This document shows, piece by piece, positions 39,767-53,710 of a stretch of DNA of 64,000 nucleotides. Made by a program: the position numbers and the translations under genes. The notes beneath the pieces were generated by a model. That model was given only the letters and a program-made list of their open reading frames with translations. It was not told the origin of the DNA and did no database searches. Numbering within the stretch: the stretch's first letter is position 1; each line of letters begins with the position of its first letter. Origin of the DNA: Tubulanus polymorphus (lineage: Eukaryota > Animalia > Nemertea); NCBI RefSeq assembly GCF_964204645.1, contig NC_134033.1:2934131-2998130 (forward strand), written 5' to 3'.

Positions 39767-40844
39767 GAAAAGGGCAATTTCGTAGTAGAAGAACAAATTA
39801 TATCAAATACTTAAAAGTAGAATCTACTTTATTGTTGTTAATTTTATGATTTGGAAATTTCGACATTCGTTTTTCTTCTCGCAGTGACATTCGCAAAGAT
39901 ATTATTTCATCGTTTCGAAATGTCTTTTCTAGCTCTTTTCCAATCTATAGGATTTTCGACGCTGAGATTGCTTCAAATGATTCCTTACGATGTAAAGACG
40001 AATCTCATCAGAAACAACAAGCGGTTTAAAAACCGATTAATTGACGATTATTGAAATATGTTCCTTTTCTACGCAATTCCCAGATCACCATGACAGTTGC
40101 TCGTTGCCAAATGTCATTTACCAATTGCTGATTACTGATCGCTGGTTTACGGTTATTTATGTGTTGAATTTTTTGTTCGCCAGCTGGCGCCACCTTATTC
40201 TCATTAAAACATATCTATAAAACACAATAACATCTCCCCAATACCGGTGACCGATCGTATCAGATCATCATCATTTTCGATCATTTATGCAGGCGTTCCA
40301 AAACGGAAGGAGGCAGGAGAAAAAACGAATTTATTTAACACAAACGAAACCTCAAAGGACCGCAGAAAAAAGAACCGAAAATGATTGGAAATTGTGATGA
40401 ATTTGATACAAATGATGGGAAAATTTTTTTTGGATAGTTTTTGCAAATAACGATATAGAAAATTTAGATGAACATAACTTTAACGAATTATTGGATTTAA
40501 AATCAGACAGGCATTACGGAATTTTTTTTTGTTGAAAAATTGTACCGAAAAGAGGAGGGAGGAATAAAACACAATTCAGTGTAAGGAACTTTGCTGAATT
40601 CTTGGCGCGGATTCGTTCTTCAAGTAATCAAAAGCAATGCCTAACGGACTACGATGTACATATTCTATTGAGTCAAATCTAAAGTTTGAAAGTGAAGATC
40701 GGGAGTTTCGGAATTATCAATTTACCTCATTCATTATTGGTTTAACCTATAGCCGCATTCACACTACGAACCAGTTAAACCGTTTTAAACGGGTCCGTGT
40801 CCGGAACTGGGCAAATTTAGAACGGTCCGAATCAGAGTGCGCGA

Positions 40845-41049
40845 GTCTCGCCGGGATTATTCTCCGTTTCTTAATTTGAGCTCCCTTAACTGTTCACTTA
40901 ATTCTAACGCGTCAGAGATATTCAAATATCGTCAACCCGTTTTCTAGAAGTCCGATTATAACTCCGAAATACGTTATCGGTATTTGCTGCATTTGTTGGC
41001 TCGTTATAAGCACAGTTTCTATTCTACCGCTGTCATCGTCGTCTTACTT
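40845..41049 (+). pseudogene. Longest orphan TM3-TM4 fragment, upstream of copy E
   Basis: About 150 bp (40898-41049) reads identical to the copy E CDS at ~47246-47397; the 5' ~50 bp is decayed. Confidence 0.92.
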
Positions 41050-41611
41050 GGTTGGTGTTGGTTCTCCGAAAAGTCAGTACCGAACAAATCCTTACCCGCC
41101 ACAATCAGATATCCACGCGCTTCACTTAGCTTCATCTCAGTTATTGTATTGACTGTAGAGTGTGAATTGTCGAAACAGATATTGAAGAAGTGTTTTACAG
41201 AGACGCAGAATATTTTGTAGTATAGATAGAAAATGTCATCGAATATTATCACAAACTGAACGCAGTTCGGGAGCGACAGTAAATATTTTTAGAGAAATAA
41301 TTGCACTTGATTATAAACACGATATATTGAAACATGTCTAAATTTAGAAACCGCGGTAATTACAGCGAAACCGAGAACAGATGAAAGTTTCACAAATACG
41401 AGACTGGCGCCAGTTTGATGGGCGGATTTTTTACAAAATAATTGGACTCGATCAATTCGTCAACTTCTGCATTTGCGAATTCATCATTACTTCGTCAACT
41501 TCTGCCATTTGCGAATTCGTCATTACTTCGCAGCTACTCGTTTGAGAAATGTCGCGCAAACTTAGAATTAGTTAGAAATGTGTTTGTTTTGAAGCGTGAA
41601 TTGTGTCCAAT

Positions 41612-44600
41612 ATGCAGCGAATGAGAGCGTTGTTCGTAGTTTTACTGATCGCTTGCGGAGACTGTATATTTACGCGGGCTGATCGCGCAAACTCTGTCGA
41701 GGAAGCCGCGTCTGTTATAGTCAGTTCATCTTGTAACAACACTCAATACTCCGTCGATTCTACGTCTGGTTACATCGTTTCACCGAACTATCCGTCGTTA
41801 GTGCGCGGTGTTGAGTGTCGTTGGTTCGTCAACAGCTCTTTACCGGGAAGTTTTCTCGTTCAAGTTTACTACGACATCGAGCCGTCGATATTCTGTAACG
41901 AAAACTACCTTCTCGTCGGTGAGTCCGACAACAAACTCTGCGCTTCCGGAAGAAAACAATTAGATATCCGCAGTAGCGGGTTGATTTCGTTGTTGTTTAG
42001 GAGTAACGTCGATGGAGCGCGAGGTAGTCGGGTTTATATCATATATCGTTTTGAAGAACAGAGTCGCTTGAAAATCGTACATACATGTCACAAGCATGCA
42101 GTAAAAGAATTACCAACTCAAACAGGTTATGGATTCATGATTTCTACCCGGCAATGTAAATTGTTGTTAGAATGGATCGGGATGCCAGACGGGTTTGCAA
42201 TGAATTTAACGTTTATACAGATAGATTTCAGATTATATCCAGGTGAGGATCCGATGAAAACTCGCCCTCAAATTTACGACGGATGGAACAGCACCAGTGA
42301 ACCTATAGCTCTTATACGAGAACAAACCGGACATCCACCTTCATCGTTTTATACTAAAACTAAAAGAGCACGTATTGATTTTTTTTCAAGTAGAGTTAAG
42401 TCGCAGTTACTCGTGCAAGTTTACAAAATATCAGATTGGAAAGTCTCTAACCCGTTAATTCAAGTCTATAATAAATCAGGACTGCTCACTACAAATGATG
42501 GAATACCACATATAGTAACTCAGTCTAAACACTTATACTGCTGGTCTATCACAGTCGATGTTCTGCAGTACGTCGTCTTCAACTGGACACGTGATCTCGT
42601 CTCGTCACCAGGTGTCGTTGGTGTATATAAACAGGAAGGGTTACGTATTGTGAGAACTGATATTTTACTCAGTTTTAACCATCTTAAATCTCTGAGTGTA
42701 GAATCAGACGGATTTCTCGTGATTCTGTGCGTTTTAACGACATCGGATTTTTTAAGATCCAATTTGAAAATAGAATTTGAAGTGAAATCAATGACAATAT
42801 CAGACGTCTACGTCAACAAGCCACAGATATGGGTAAGTTTATAACAATGATTTGTCAATTCGGTTTGTTTAATAGAATCATTGTAATAATCTATGATTTT
42901 GATGGCGATTCTGACCAATGAAACTTTACCGAGAAACTTGGAATAACAACGTTATGTGTGACCCAAATTTCAATATATTTCGACTCACATGTTAACGCAG
43001 AATAATTATGATGATTTGTGGAAGAATTTAAGTTAAGATTTGATTGCAATATTTTAAAGTATTATCAATATATCAAGGTCGTACAGAGTTTGAAATTGTT
43101 GTATTGTAAACGTTTAATGTTGTAATCAATTCTCTTATATTTCAGCATTTATCCAGAAACTCAATATCAGCTAATCGATTGTTCCCGAGATCAAAGAATA
43201 CATTGTATCGTGTAACTACATTACAACTAAACTGGAAAGTGAACATCTATGAAAAACAGTTGAAACTAACAGTGCTATCAGAAAACTGTGATCGAGCTGG
43301 TTTTTATATATTTGATGGTAGTAATTTCACAGCTAGACGCTATGGTCCGTATTGTCCTGGTTCATACTACGGTCGATCTGTCGTCAGCCTGATTACATCA
43401 AGTGGACCGGTTACTGTAGTAGCATACGCTTATTACTATAACAATCAGTTAACAGTTGGTTACACCGGCAACTCAATTCTTAGATTTGCTCCTACTGATT
43501 GTGATGGTTATGTTCTACAGGAAGAAGAACGTCAGATCAATATGACGTCACACTGTCTCGTGATTACACCTGAAAATCGACGCCTTCGCTCGGAAAATAT
43601 TCACATATTATCAGAACACGAATATCAAATTGACCGATGTTTTCTCAAGATGTCATTGTCATGTGAACAGTTTCTGAGTTTGAGTAATCAGTTTCTTAAT
43701 AACAGTCTCGTATTAAATATCGTAGATTTTACAGTAAATGGGTTTGGATTTTGGCAGTATCCACTAATAGCAAAACTACGTCGTAAATGTTTAGGAGTGA
43801 AAAAATCGGATAGTTTTGGATTTGCCGGTTCCCGTCTTCCAGTTACTACTAAAGATAAATGTGGACTCGTGCAGTCACCGAACTACCCGGGTTTGGCAGG
43901 ACGTACATCAGAATCTATTTCATATAAATTTAAAAACCCGATGCAGCAAAATATATTTCAATATTATAGATTTATTGTCAAATCTATTGGACCAGTTTCA
44001 TGCGAAACAAACAATGTGGTTGAGAATGATCCGATCATTTTGATACTGCGGATAAAGTACTACCTCTTCCTAAATGGAAAACTGTTCAAAACTATTAGGA
44101 CCCAACACGAAACTTTAATATGTGAAAATAACGCGGTTCGTGGACTTATATTTTTTAGTTTAACAGATAATACTCTGCGTTTTGAAGTAAAGAATAATAT
44201 ACCAACCTTTCAAATACAATACACTTTACACGAGTCGTTACCGATTAAACATTACGATGATTTCTACTGTAAACAAGGATTTCTGGATTCCGGAATTTCC
44301 TGCATCAAATTCATCAGAGATGAACGTCTGAATTGGAAGAACGCTGAAATATACTGTAGACAGAAGTACGCGGGACATCTACTCAGTATCAACTCAGAAC
44401 AGGAAATGATTTCCATCAAAAGATTATTCGCTACAGAACTTCTCCGATTGGCGTACACATTAAATGCGCTCATAATGATGATTGGATTGAAATGGCAGGT
44501 AAGACTAATGTATACAATTATGAATTAGAATATAAAGGTTTTTTAAAGATTATGATATATTTAATTTTCTTCACGAAACAGGATGATGGTTATTACACGT

Positions 44601-47600
44601 GGACTGACGGTAAACCATTGAGCTACACAGAGTGGTACAAACCTGTTATTAATGAAACGATACCAGAAGTTATTCGAGGATTGATATCTCCGCTAAGAAA
44701 ACAACCGATAAATGACGTCAATATGCCGTGTACGGCGATGATACTGAATAATCCACGAGGATCGGCGAACTGGGTTCGATTCCCGTGTCAAATCGAGGAG
44801 ACGCACACGACATTCATTTGTGAATCTGAGAGAATCGACATCAAAAATGAACACAATTCAACGATAAACGATGCGAACAATTCAACAAATACAGACTTAA
44901 ATAAAACCATAGATCAAATGATTCCCGATGTACCTTTAACTAATTCAACCTGTCCAAGAGGTTGGGTAACTATTTACGGACAATGTTATCAAATACTAAC
45001 CGACTGGAAAAACAATCGAGGTTTAAATATTCGGAGTGCTAGAGAAATGTGTCACAGCATCCGCGCCGAAATAGTAAGAATCACCTCAAATACAGAAAGC
45101 GACTTGAAAAATTTGATCAACGAATTTCAATATAGACATCAATATGGCGCTATTCTGACGATGGACCGAGACGGGTTTAAAGTTATCAAACCAATGGTGA
45201 CCAGAAATGAATTTACTTATATTCAATCGGTTAAATGGTTATTGAAACCTTTCGATGATACAAAAGATAAAGTACATTCCGTGTTATGTACCTATAATGT
45301 AACTGGTGAAGAGTTAGCTTCTATAAGCGGCTGTAAATCGTGGCAGTTTGAATGTAACGATCAAAGATGTATCATCGACCATCGCGTATGCGATACCAGA
45401 AACGACTGTCAACACGGTGAAGATGAACTCGATTGTACGGATATCAATTTACACAGTCAGTTCCGCTGTAACGATGGACAAGTTATATCGATTAGCAGTT
45501 TCTGTGACTTTATGAGAGATTGCGTCGATGGCTCGGATGAGAACTCGTGCTATCATCTACCGTGTTTATCTACGCAATATCGCTGTTCCAATCACCAATG
45601 CATTGATAGTTATAAACGATGTGACGGACTAGCCAACTGTAAAGACGGCTCCGATGAGATCGGCTGCACTGCCGAACTTTGTCAGGGGTTCTCGTGCGCG
45701 GACGGTGAATGTATTAGTTCTCAGTTGTATCGGGATGGTGTTGTGGATTGTAGCGGAAGTCTCGAAGAAGACGAATTTATCACTAATATGACATTGAATC
45801 CCGAGGTTTACTGTAATAATGACAATCACTGTACGACTGGTTTCACAGATCTGTGTAAGGAATCGGATGAACAAAGATGTTCGTTCAATTCTCCTTGCTG
45901 TTATTCCCGACACGAAAGGTGTATTTTAGAAAGGATGCCGATTGGTTTCCCGGTATGTAGAAATCTTGAACATATACTCGCGTGTAATGACTTCGAATGC
46001 GCGGCTGGTACTGTAAAATGTCCGGCATCTTACTGTATACCGATCAGACACGTTTGTGACGGTCGATCCGATTGTCCTAATTCAGAAGATGAACGAAACT
46101 GCGAGACTTGGTCGTGTCCGGGAATGTTTAAATGCGGCCAGGAAAATCGATGTATTCCGCAATCTGAAGTTTGCGACGGAGTCGTAAATTGTAAACATAA
46201 CTCTGATGACGAGACATACTGTAAGGTCACGTGTCCTGAACGTTGTAATTGCCGGGGTCATTTCATCGATTGTGAAAATGCTCTTTTATCAGATATTACC
46301 GGCCGTTTTATAGAATCAACTCGGGTTTTGATTTTGTCGAATAACCGAGTCGTATTTAACGAGTCGACGTTCAACTCTTTCATTTATCTTCGTTTTCTCG
46401 ATATTTCGGGCAATAATTTGTCTTACATCGTTCCAAACGCGTTTTCTAATCTAAACAATCTATACACATTAGACCTTACTCACAACCGCATAACATCATT
46501 ATCTGCTAATACATTCGCAGGTTTGATCGGTTTAAAAGAACTATTTCTTATCGGAAATCCGCTGCAACATTTAGAAGACGGTAGTTTCCGAGGTCTGATG
46601 TCACTGACTGTTCTCGATCTTCATGGACTTTCTATATCGGTTCTCGATGGAAATGTATTTAAAGGTTTATCCGCATTACAGTCGTTAAACATCAGCAGTA
46701 ACAGAATACATTATATTTCTAGCTATGCTTTTTCTGGATTGTTTCGACTTGAAATTTTAGACCTTGTCAACAATTATGAAGTAATATCCGTACAAAGAAA
46801 CGTCCTTGGCGATCTTACATCATTGAAATACCTCGCTTCGGATGCTTACAAATTTTGCTGCATGGCACCGAATGTTGACCGATGTCTTCCCGAAGCTGAT
46901 CAATTTTCGACCTGCTCTGACCTGATGGGTAACGCTGTACTGAGAGCCATCATCTGGATGATCGCATCTTTCAGTTTTCTCGCTAACAGTATCGTTATCT
47001 TATTTCGCGTTCAAGCTTTGCGGATGGAATCCTCTGGAACACGAAACACATCTTCAGATATCTTCATCATAAATATTGCCGGTTGTGATTTTCTGATGTC
47101 GGTCTATTTGTTTTTGATCGCGGGAGCTGACTACGTGTTCAAAGGCGTTTATTTTCTGTATTCTGAAACCTGGACGGATAGCTCATTATGTCGTCTCGCC
47201 GGGGTTATTGTCACCGTTTCGTGCGAAGGTTCCTTAACTTTTCTCTTAATTCTAACGCGTCAGAGATATTCAAATATCGTCAACCCGTTTTCTAGAAGTC
47301 CGATTATAACTCCGAAATACGTTATCGGTATTTGCTGCATTTGTTGGCTCGTTATAAGCACAGTTTCTATTCTACCGCTGTCATCGTCGTCTTACTTCGG
47401 AGATAATTTTTACGGTACAACCGGAGTTTGTTTGCCTATGAATTTACTGACGATCGACGTCAATGGCTGGCACTATTCATTCGCTATTTTTGCCTTGTTT
47501 AATGCGGCCATATTGGCTACGATAATGACGACGTACGCTCAGATGTATAGACTCGTATCTGGAAGTAGGTTGGGCTCGGGTAGAGCCGATCCTACCGAAC

Positions 47601-47836
47601 TGGTTTTAGCTCGAAGGAGTTTAGTAATCAATCTTTGTAATCTATTTTGTTGGCTACCGATAATAATCGTTCAGTTTTGCGCCGTATTTTCGGTCGAGAT
47701 ACCGAACCAGGTGGCCGCTTGGCTGGCCGTTCTATTTTTACCGATCAACTCGTCTCTGAATCCGCTTCTTTATACAATACTAACTATCGATATGAAATCA
47801 ATTAGAACGAGATATAAACGTCAACAAAAGAAGTAG
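41612..47836 (+). CDS. GRL101-like giant LGR, copy E, ~1942 aa; exons 41612-42832, 43146-44498, 44582-47836
   Basis: Homologous phase-0 splice sites (GTAAGT 42833, AG 43145, GTAAGA 44499, AG 44581). Full domain set intact. Confidence 0.9.
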
Positions 47837-49132
47837 ATTACGAACACTTCAGTAGCAATAAAGGAGCTTTTAAACGAATCGTTTTAGTGTTCATGGTCGC
47901 GCACCAAGCTCTAGTAATGAATCTAAAGAACAAAGGACAGATATTAACGACGACCTTTGGGCCCATGGTCTATTCAGTTTTTATATCACTACTTTATCTA
48001 AACAATTCACATGAAACAGTGTTTTTTTCGTAGCTATTAGATTAATTGTAGATCGTTTGTTAAATGCAATAGTATTTACTTAAGGTGTGGATTTAAGGTG
48101 CTCGGTGAGCTCTTTACTGACCACTGCAATTGAAATAGACGATTACATAGATGACGACTTATTAATTTATAAATATATTCACTGATGTAGTGTGAGCGTG
48201 TGTGTAAGAGTGATTGGTTTGATTTTTCTTTTCGCAATATGTGATTTAAACAGAATAGTATTTATTTCTCTCACAATTTAATCATGTTAACCCCTTTATC
48301 AGATTTAATTTCGAAAGTTGACTATATTGCTCGCTATACAGGTATATAGTTTATGATTATTTGTCCTAGTTTTCCGGTCACGATACAGTTGGATTGACAG
48401 ATACTTTCGTTGATCACGCTTAATCAGTTATCAGAAAAGAACACTAACTCTCCATCTATCCACTTATTCTGGAAAATGAACAATTTGAAATTTTTTTTTT
48501 AATGGCTCACAGAATTGTCGAAACGTCTCTTTTCTTACTATAGGTGGGTTTATCAACTAACAGTTTGCAGAGTTAGCCAATAGATAATGCTTTGGTACGA
48601 TCATCTGGAAATGACAAAAATCGCTTTTCGATATCAACCACTTTTGTGGGTAGGTGCCGAATGGATGCCCCATCTTAAGTTTTATGTAGGACCCAGTTTC
48701 GTTAACTGAATATTTTGTTTTAAATCGCTTTCAATGCGGAAAAAAAATTCAAACTCAACCGCGATTTAAAGTTAGAACTTTTTCATAAATCTCTTGCCGT
48801 TTTCGTATAAGCAAGTAAATTCCTTTAGGTAAGCGATGTTGTTATTTAGCCATATGAACTGTTCAAACCTGTCTGTTTTACGGTACCGAGTATCCATTGT
48901 ATTCCGTACGCTTAATGCGGGTATCAGTTTGTATCCATGGAACCACATCGCTTCAAGCGATCACTATTGAAAGGCTGCTGATTGAATGTATCTAACGTCT
49001 GGTGCAGTTCATATTTTCCGGGGTGACCTCTGGTTCGAAAATATATAAAAGTTTAAATTTTAGAAATATAACAGAATCAAAGTTCATTTAATTCTTACTT
49101 TCATTTGTTCATAGTTTTGATGATTGCAAAAA

Positions 49133-49216
49133 GCCTCTGCATCTGCCGTTGCCTGCCCCTGCACCTGCCCCTGCCCCCTGCCCCTGCCCCTGCCCCTGCC
49201 TCTGCCTCTGCCTTTC

Positions 49217-49247
<31 letters not shown>

Positions 49248-49275
49248 CTCTGCCTCTGCCTCTGCCTCTGCCTCT
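49133..49275. repeat. (CCCCTG/CCTCTG)n hexamer microsatellite
   Basis: Same flanks as 3090-3243. Confidence 0.93.
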
Positions 49276-50156
49276 TCCTTTCCCTCTCCAATAACAAATA
49301 TCACAGCCAGTGATAAACATCACGGTTAGATACATCGTTTCATAGCGATGTATAAATATTTTACCACATATTATACGAACGCACCAGCGAGCCGGCGATC
49401 ATATCAGCGGATAAATCACTCGTAATAAATGCAAATAAAACCGCGATGATGAGTTATAAAAACACGTTTTAAACGAATCTGTATCGATACAACACCTCTC
49501 CACACATCAGCTCGTATGTACGTACCAGTGCGCGACGTACTTGAACAGTCATTTTAATCGCGTTTTTCATCAGTGACTGTTTGTCACACAGTTCTGTGAT
49601 CTAGCTACCAGTTGTACTTTATCATCGCTAGGATTTCGTCAACTTCGGGAGCCGGTCGAACCCAGTTCCATAGTTGCCGTTACAATTTGATTATGTTGAA
49701 TTTATGAATGTTAAAAAAACAACTTAATCTCGATCGTATATGATACAAAAAGAACTAAACATTTCTATGGCGACTACATTGGAAACTGGATAATGACGAG
49801 TGATTCATATATTGAAAACTGGTCGGGATCTCGGAGGGAAAAATTGACAACTGATTTTGAATTTATTGCGAAACAATCGGAAGAAACTTAACAGTGACGT
49901 GCTAAAACTGATTGTGACATTACAGATATCATCGTTGGACAACGATTGTGAAAAATGAAATCTGATTGTAAGTTCTAAATCGATGGAAAATTGAATTTGA
50001 TATTCTTTAGAAATTGACACATTGAAAACTGTGTGACTTTCTTGCCAAATCATCGGAAACTAATCGTGATTTGGAAGCGAAATCATTCCAAGCTGATTGT
50101 CACCTCGCGATCAAGTTGACCCGAGCGAACTTTTCAGGAGAATTTATCCGCGAAAT

Positions 50157-53100
50157 ATGGAAAGCGATAAAAGGCGTGTAATCCGCGAATTCCGGAACGC
50201 CATCAAACGTAACGACCTCGGCCTCGTCAAGAAAACGCGCGACGAATTCTTCAAACTCGAGCGAGGATCGGATTTGATCGATTCGGATCTAACCGTAAAT
50301 CTAACCGATGATTCTAGCGTCGTCGTTCCCGAGCGGCGCTACCCGGACGAGATAGCCGACGAGTCGGTGGTTTCGAACCCGCTGTTTCTGGCTTGTATTT
50401 TCTGCAGCGCGGATGTCGTCTGGTATCTCATCGCCGAGGGAGCAGACGTGCTGGTCAAGGACGTTAACGGTAACAACGTCGTTCACGCGCTGGTCTCGGC
50501 GGCGGCCGCGTGCCCGCGTCTCGAGTCAAAACTCGTCGAAATCTACCGTCTCGTAAACCGCCAAATATCGCCGAATATGGCAGTTCTACTGACGGACGAG
50601 AATAAACTAGAACTTCGACCGTTAGAGTTCGCCGCCCGCGTGGGGACGTTCGGTTTGTTTTCGGTTATTTTGAACACGGAGGGCGTCTACCGCACGATGA
50701 CCGCCGATCACGGCATGAAGGTCGTATACTCGTACGATCTCGGGGTTTACGATGCGGACGGCGATCGTTACGATAAATCACCGCACTGGTTTTTCGTCTT
50801 GAACGACGCCGATTCGGTGCTGGAGAAGATGCACGCCAGCGCCTGTTTGAAGAACCCGTCGATCGAGGCCTGGTCGAAGCTGATTTGGGCTAGGAGTAAA
50901 TACGTGCACTGTCTGGGAAGCGCTTTTAGATTGTGTATTTTCATGCTGTTCATGTTGATGCCGCACGTCAGGTTTTACGAATATCAGGAACACATTTCAG
51001 CGGATCTCAACAACACAGGTAAACAAGAAAACTAATATGAAAGTTTAGACGCATTTAGAAATAACACATATATTGCGTTATATTTTCGACAATGAAAAAC
51101 GTGATATAAAGTTAGCTAGTATTTAGGATCAATAAAGTAATTTTGGATTTAAAAAAAAAATCGATAATCGAATTGACCGGTAACCAGTCCAGTCGCGATA
51201 TATTGATGACGTTATACAGCTTCTACTGGCGCACTAGAGGTCATCTCTTCCTCGTTGGCGTACCGTAGCTATTGCAGAACAGAATACAGTGGAATAAGTT
51301 TACTTTATTTGTCTACATTGCCGAAACGATAGTATTAAGAAGTTAATAGCGATAGTAAATATAGCTGCAAGGCAGCGATAACGGATTTTCTGCACAGCCT
51401 TGTTCGTATTATATATATACTAGTTTATTTTCAGGAGAAATTATAACAGATATAAATATGAATAAAGAGTCGACAAGATGTTATAATATCTAGTGAAGGA
51501 TAGCCCAATAGAAAGCAAGAATGCTTGTTTGGAGCATTGTGCCACCTTAAAACACACACAAACACACTTCATTCATTCCCCTCGCATACAGATTCATACA
51601 AAAAATAACATTAGATCAAAGGCGGATGGATGTCAAATGTAACAATTACAAGCAGATTACAATCAACAAATAAACTAGTTTCATGATTGATAGTTGTCTA
51701 TGGTCCACTTTTTAAATCAAGATTTCGTTGCATCGATCGAAGTTGAGAGTTTGATGTGTTGGTTTAGATTTTGCCATTTCAATATTGGAATTAGGCGCGT
51801 ATTCTTGTTGTTGTACCGTGTTGACCACGATAGCGCGTACGCTGACGCATCCGCACCATATCATTGAAAATGAAGGGAATTTAGAATCCTGTTCAACGGT
51901 CAACACGGTTTTATAAAAGGAAGGACTACAAACAGTCAATCTGGCCTACTTTAAACCATGGGTGAATAGAACAGATGCTTTGACCCTGGAAAATCGACAG
52001 ATAGGCCTATAGTATTTATGGATTATGAAATAGCATTTGATAAGGTACTACAGCAGCGATTACTAAACAAGCTATTAAGAAAATCATCATTGTCCAGTGT
52101 GGGTAGACATGTCACATTTTGAGGGAAAATTATTATACTTCTTTTCACGGGATTCTAGTTCGTATTCAAAAGTTGACTATATTCGAGTTTATTGGGTCGT
52201 TGCCAATATCATTCCGGTTATGATTCCTGTCGGCGACGTCTAACTTTTTACGCACAAAGATACGATGTAACTCGCCACAGTTACATTTTCGGTCATCGGT
52301 TCATCTATCCACTAATTCTGGACGATGAACAATTTGAATTTTTTTTTTCTTAAATGGCTCATAGAATTGAGTCGTCAAAACGTCTCTTAGTTTTTCTTCT
52401 TACTATGGGTGGGTTTATCAACTAACAGTTTGCAGAGTTAGGCTATAGATAATATTGCTTCGGTCCGATCCTTTCAGGAAATGACAGAAATTGTTTTTTC
52501 CAGATGCTATTTAGAATCAAACAGATAGTTTATCAGTAAAATCTGTTTAACTGTTTTTCTAAAGGCGCCGTTTGTCGCGCAGTAGACGAAAAAATTAGCG
52601 GAAGAGTCTAAAACGCTGAGCAGAATCCCTGCTTTACGCATGACCATTAGTTCATCCACAGATAGACCGTGGAGTAGTCCGAAATGCGTTTTGAAGAAAT
52701 ACAGCAGACGGTCCAGCGATGCGGGAATTTCACAGATAAAGAATATAGCTACAATTATGAGAACGACTTTTAATATTTTGAGTTCGGTAGATTTTCCACC
52801 GGGCGCCGCTGCGTCCGCGTGAAATTGTTTTTTTCGATTTAGTTTTCTAGATATCATAATTCCGAACAAAGTTAAGTTTATCACGATAAGAGTGGTAAAA
52901 GGTAAAAGAACAGTCATGAACATATAGGAATTAATAACGTCACGTCGTGCATTATCAAGCAAATAAACAAAAGGTGTCGGTATTGTACTCGCGCCGAAAG
53001 CGCCCATTGTATAAACACGTTCGTAACAGCGTTGCGTGCCCCTACCGGGTAAACTTAGCGGAAAATAATACGGCCAGAAACAAACAGCGGAAGATATTGC

Positions 53101-53654
53101 GTTCAAAACTGAAAGACAAATGATTTGTTTTTTGTTCCAGAATCGTTTAAAATACAGCGGACTCGCGACGACCAGAAGTCTCTCGAAATTGATTACGACT
53201 ACGGCCCAATTTTTTGCCATTTGAAACGTATGAAAAAGCGGCAGAACCCAAATTATAATTTCGTGTCCAAAAAACCAGTCGTCGAAACGCCCGAGAACAA
53301 AGTCACTTTGTTGGAAATGTATTATGAGTATCCTAAGCGGATAAAGAAGAAACACTGAAAATACGAACAGTAAATCAAACCAGGCAAGAATGATTATAGT
53401 TTGATACGTGGAGCGACCGATCTTTCTGAATACTAGAATAGAAACAGAGTTTAGAATCATTCCTAAAACTGAAGCCGGCAAATATCCGTACAAGTAAATC
53501 TTATAGCTGAAAACGTGATCCCATCGTTCTGCTGGTAATAGGCTCGGGTGGCAGGGTTTAAGCGTAGTCGTAGTGATTGTGGTAGAATTCATACTGATGC
53601 TTCTATAACCTGTAATCAGTGACTCGTAGTGAGTCGGTTATCAAATATATACAA

Positions 53655-53710
<56 letters not shown>

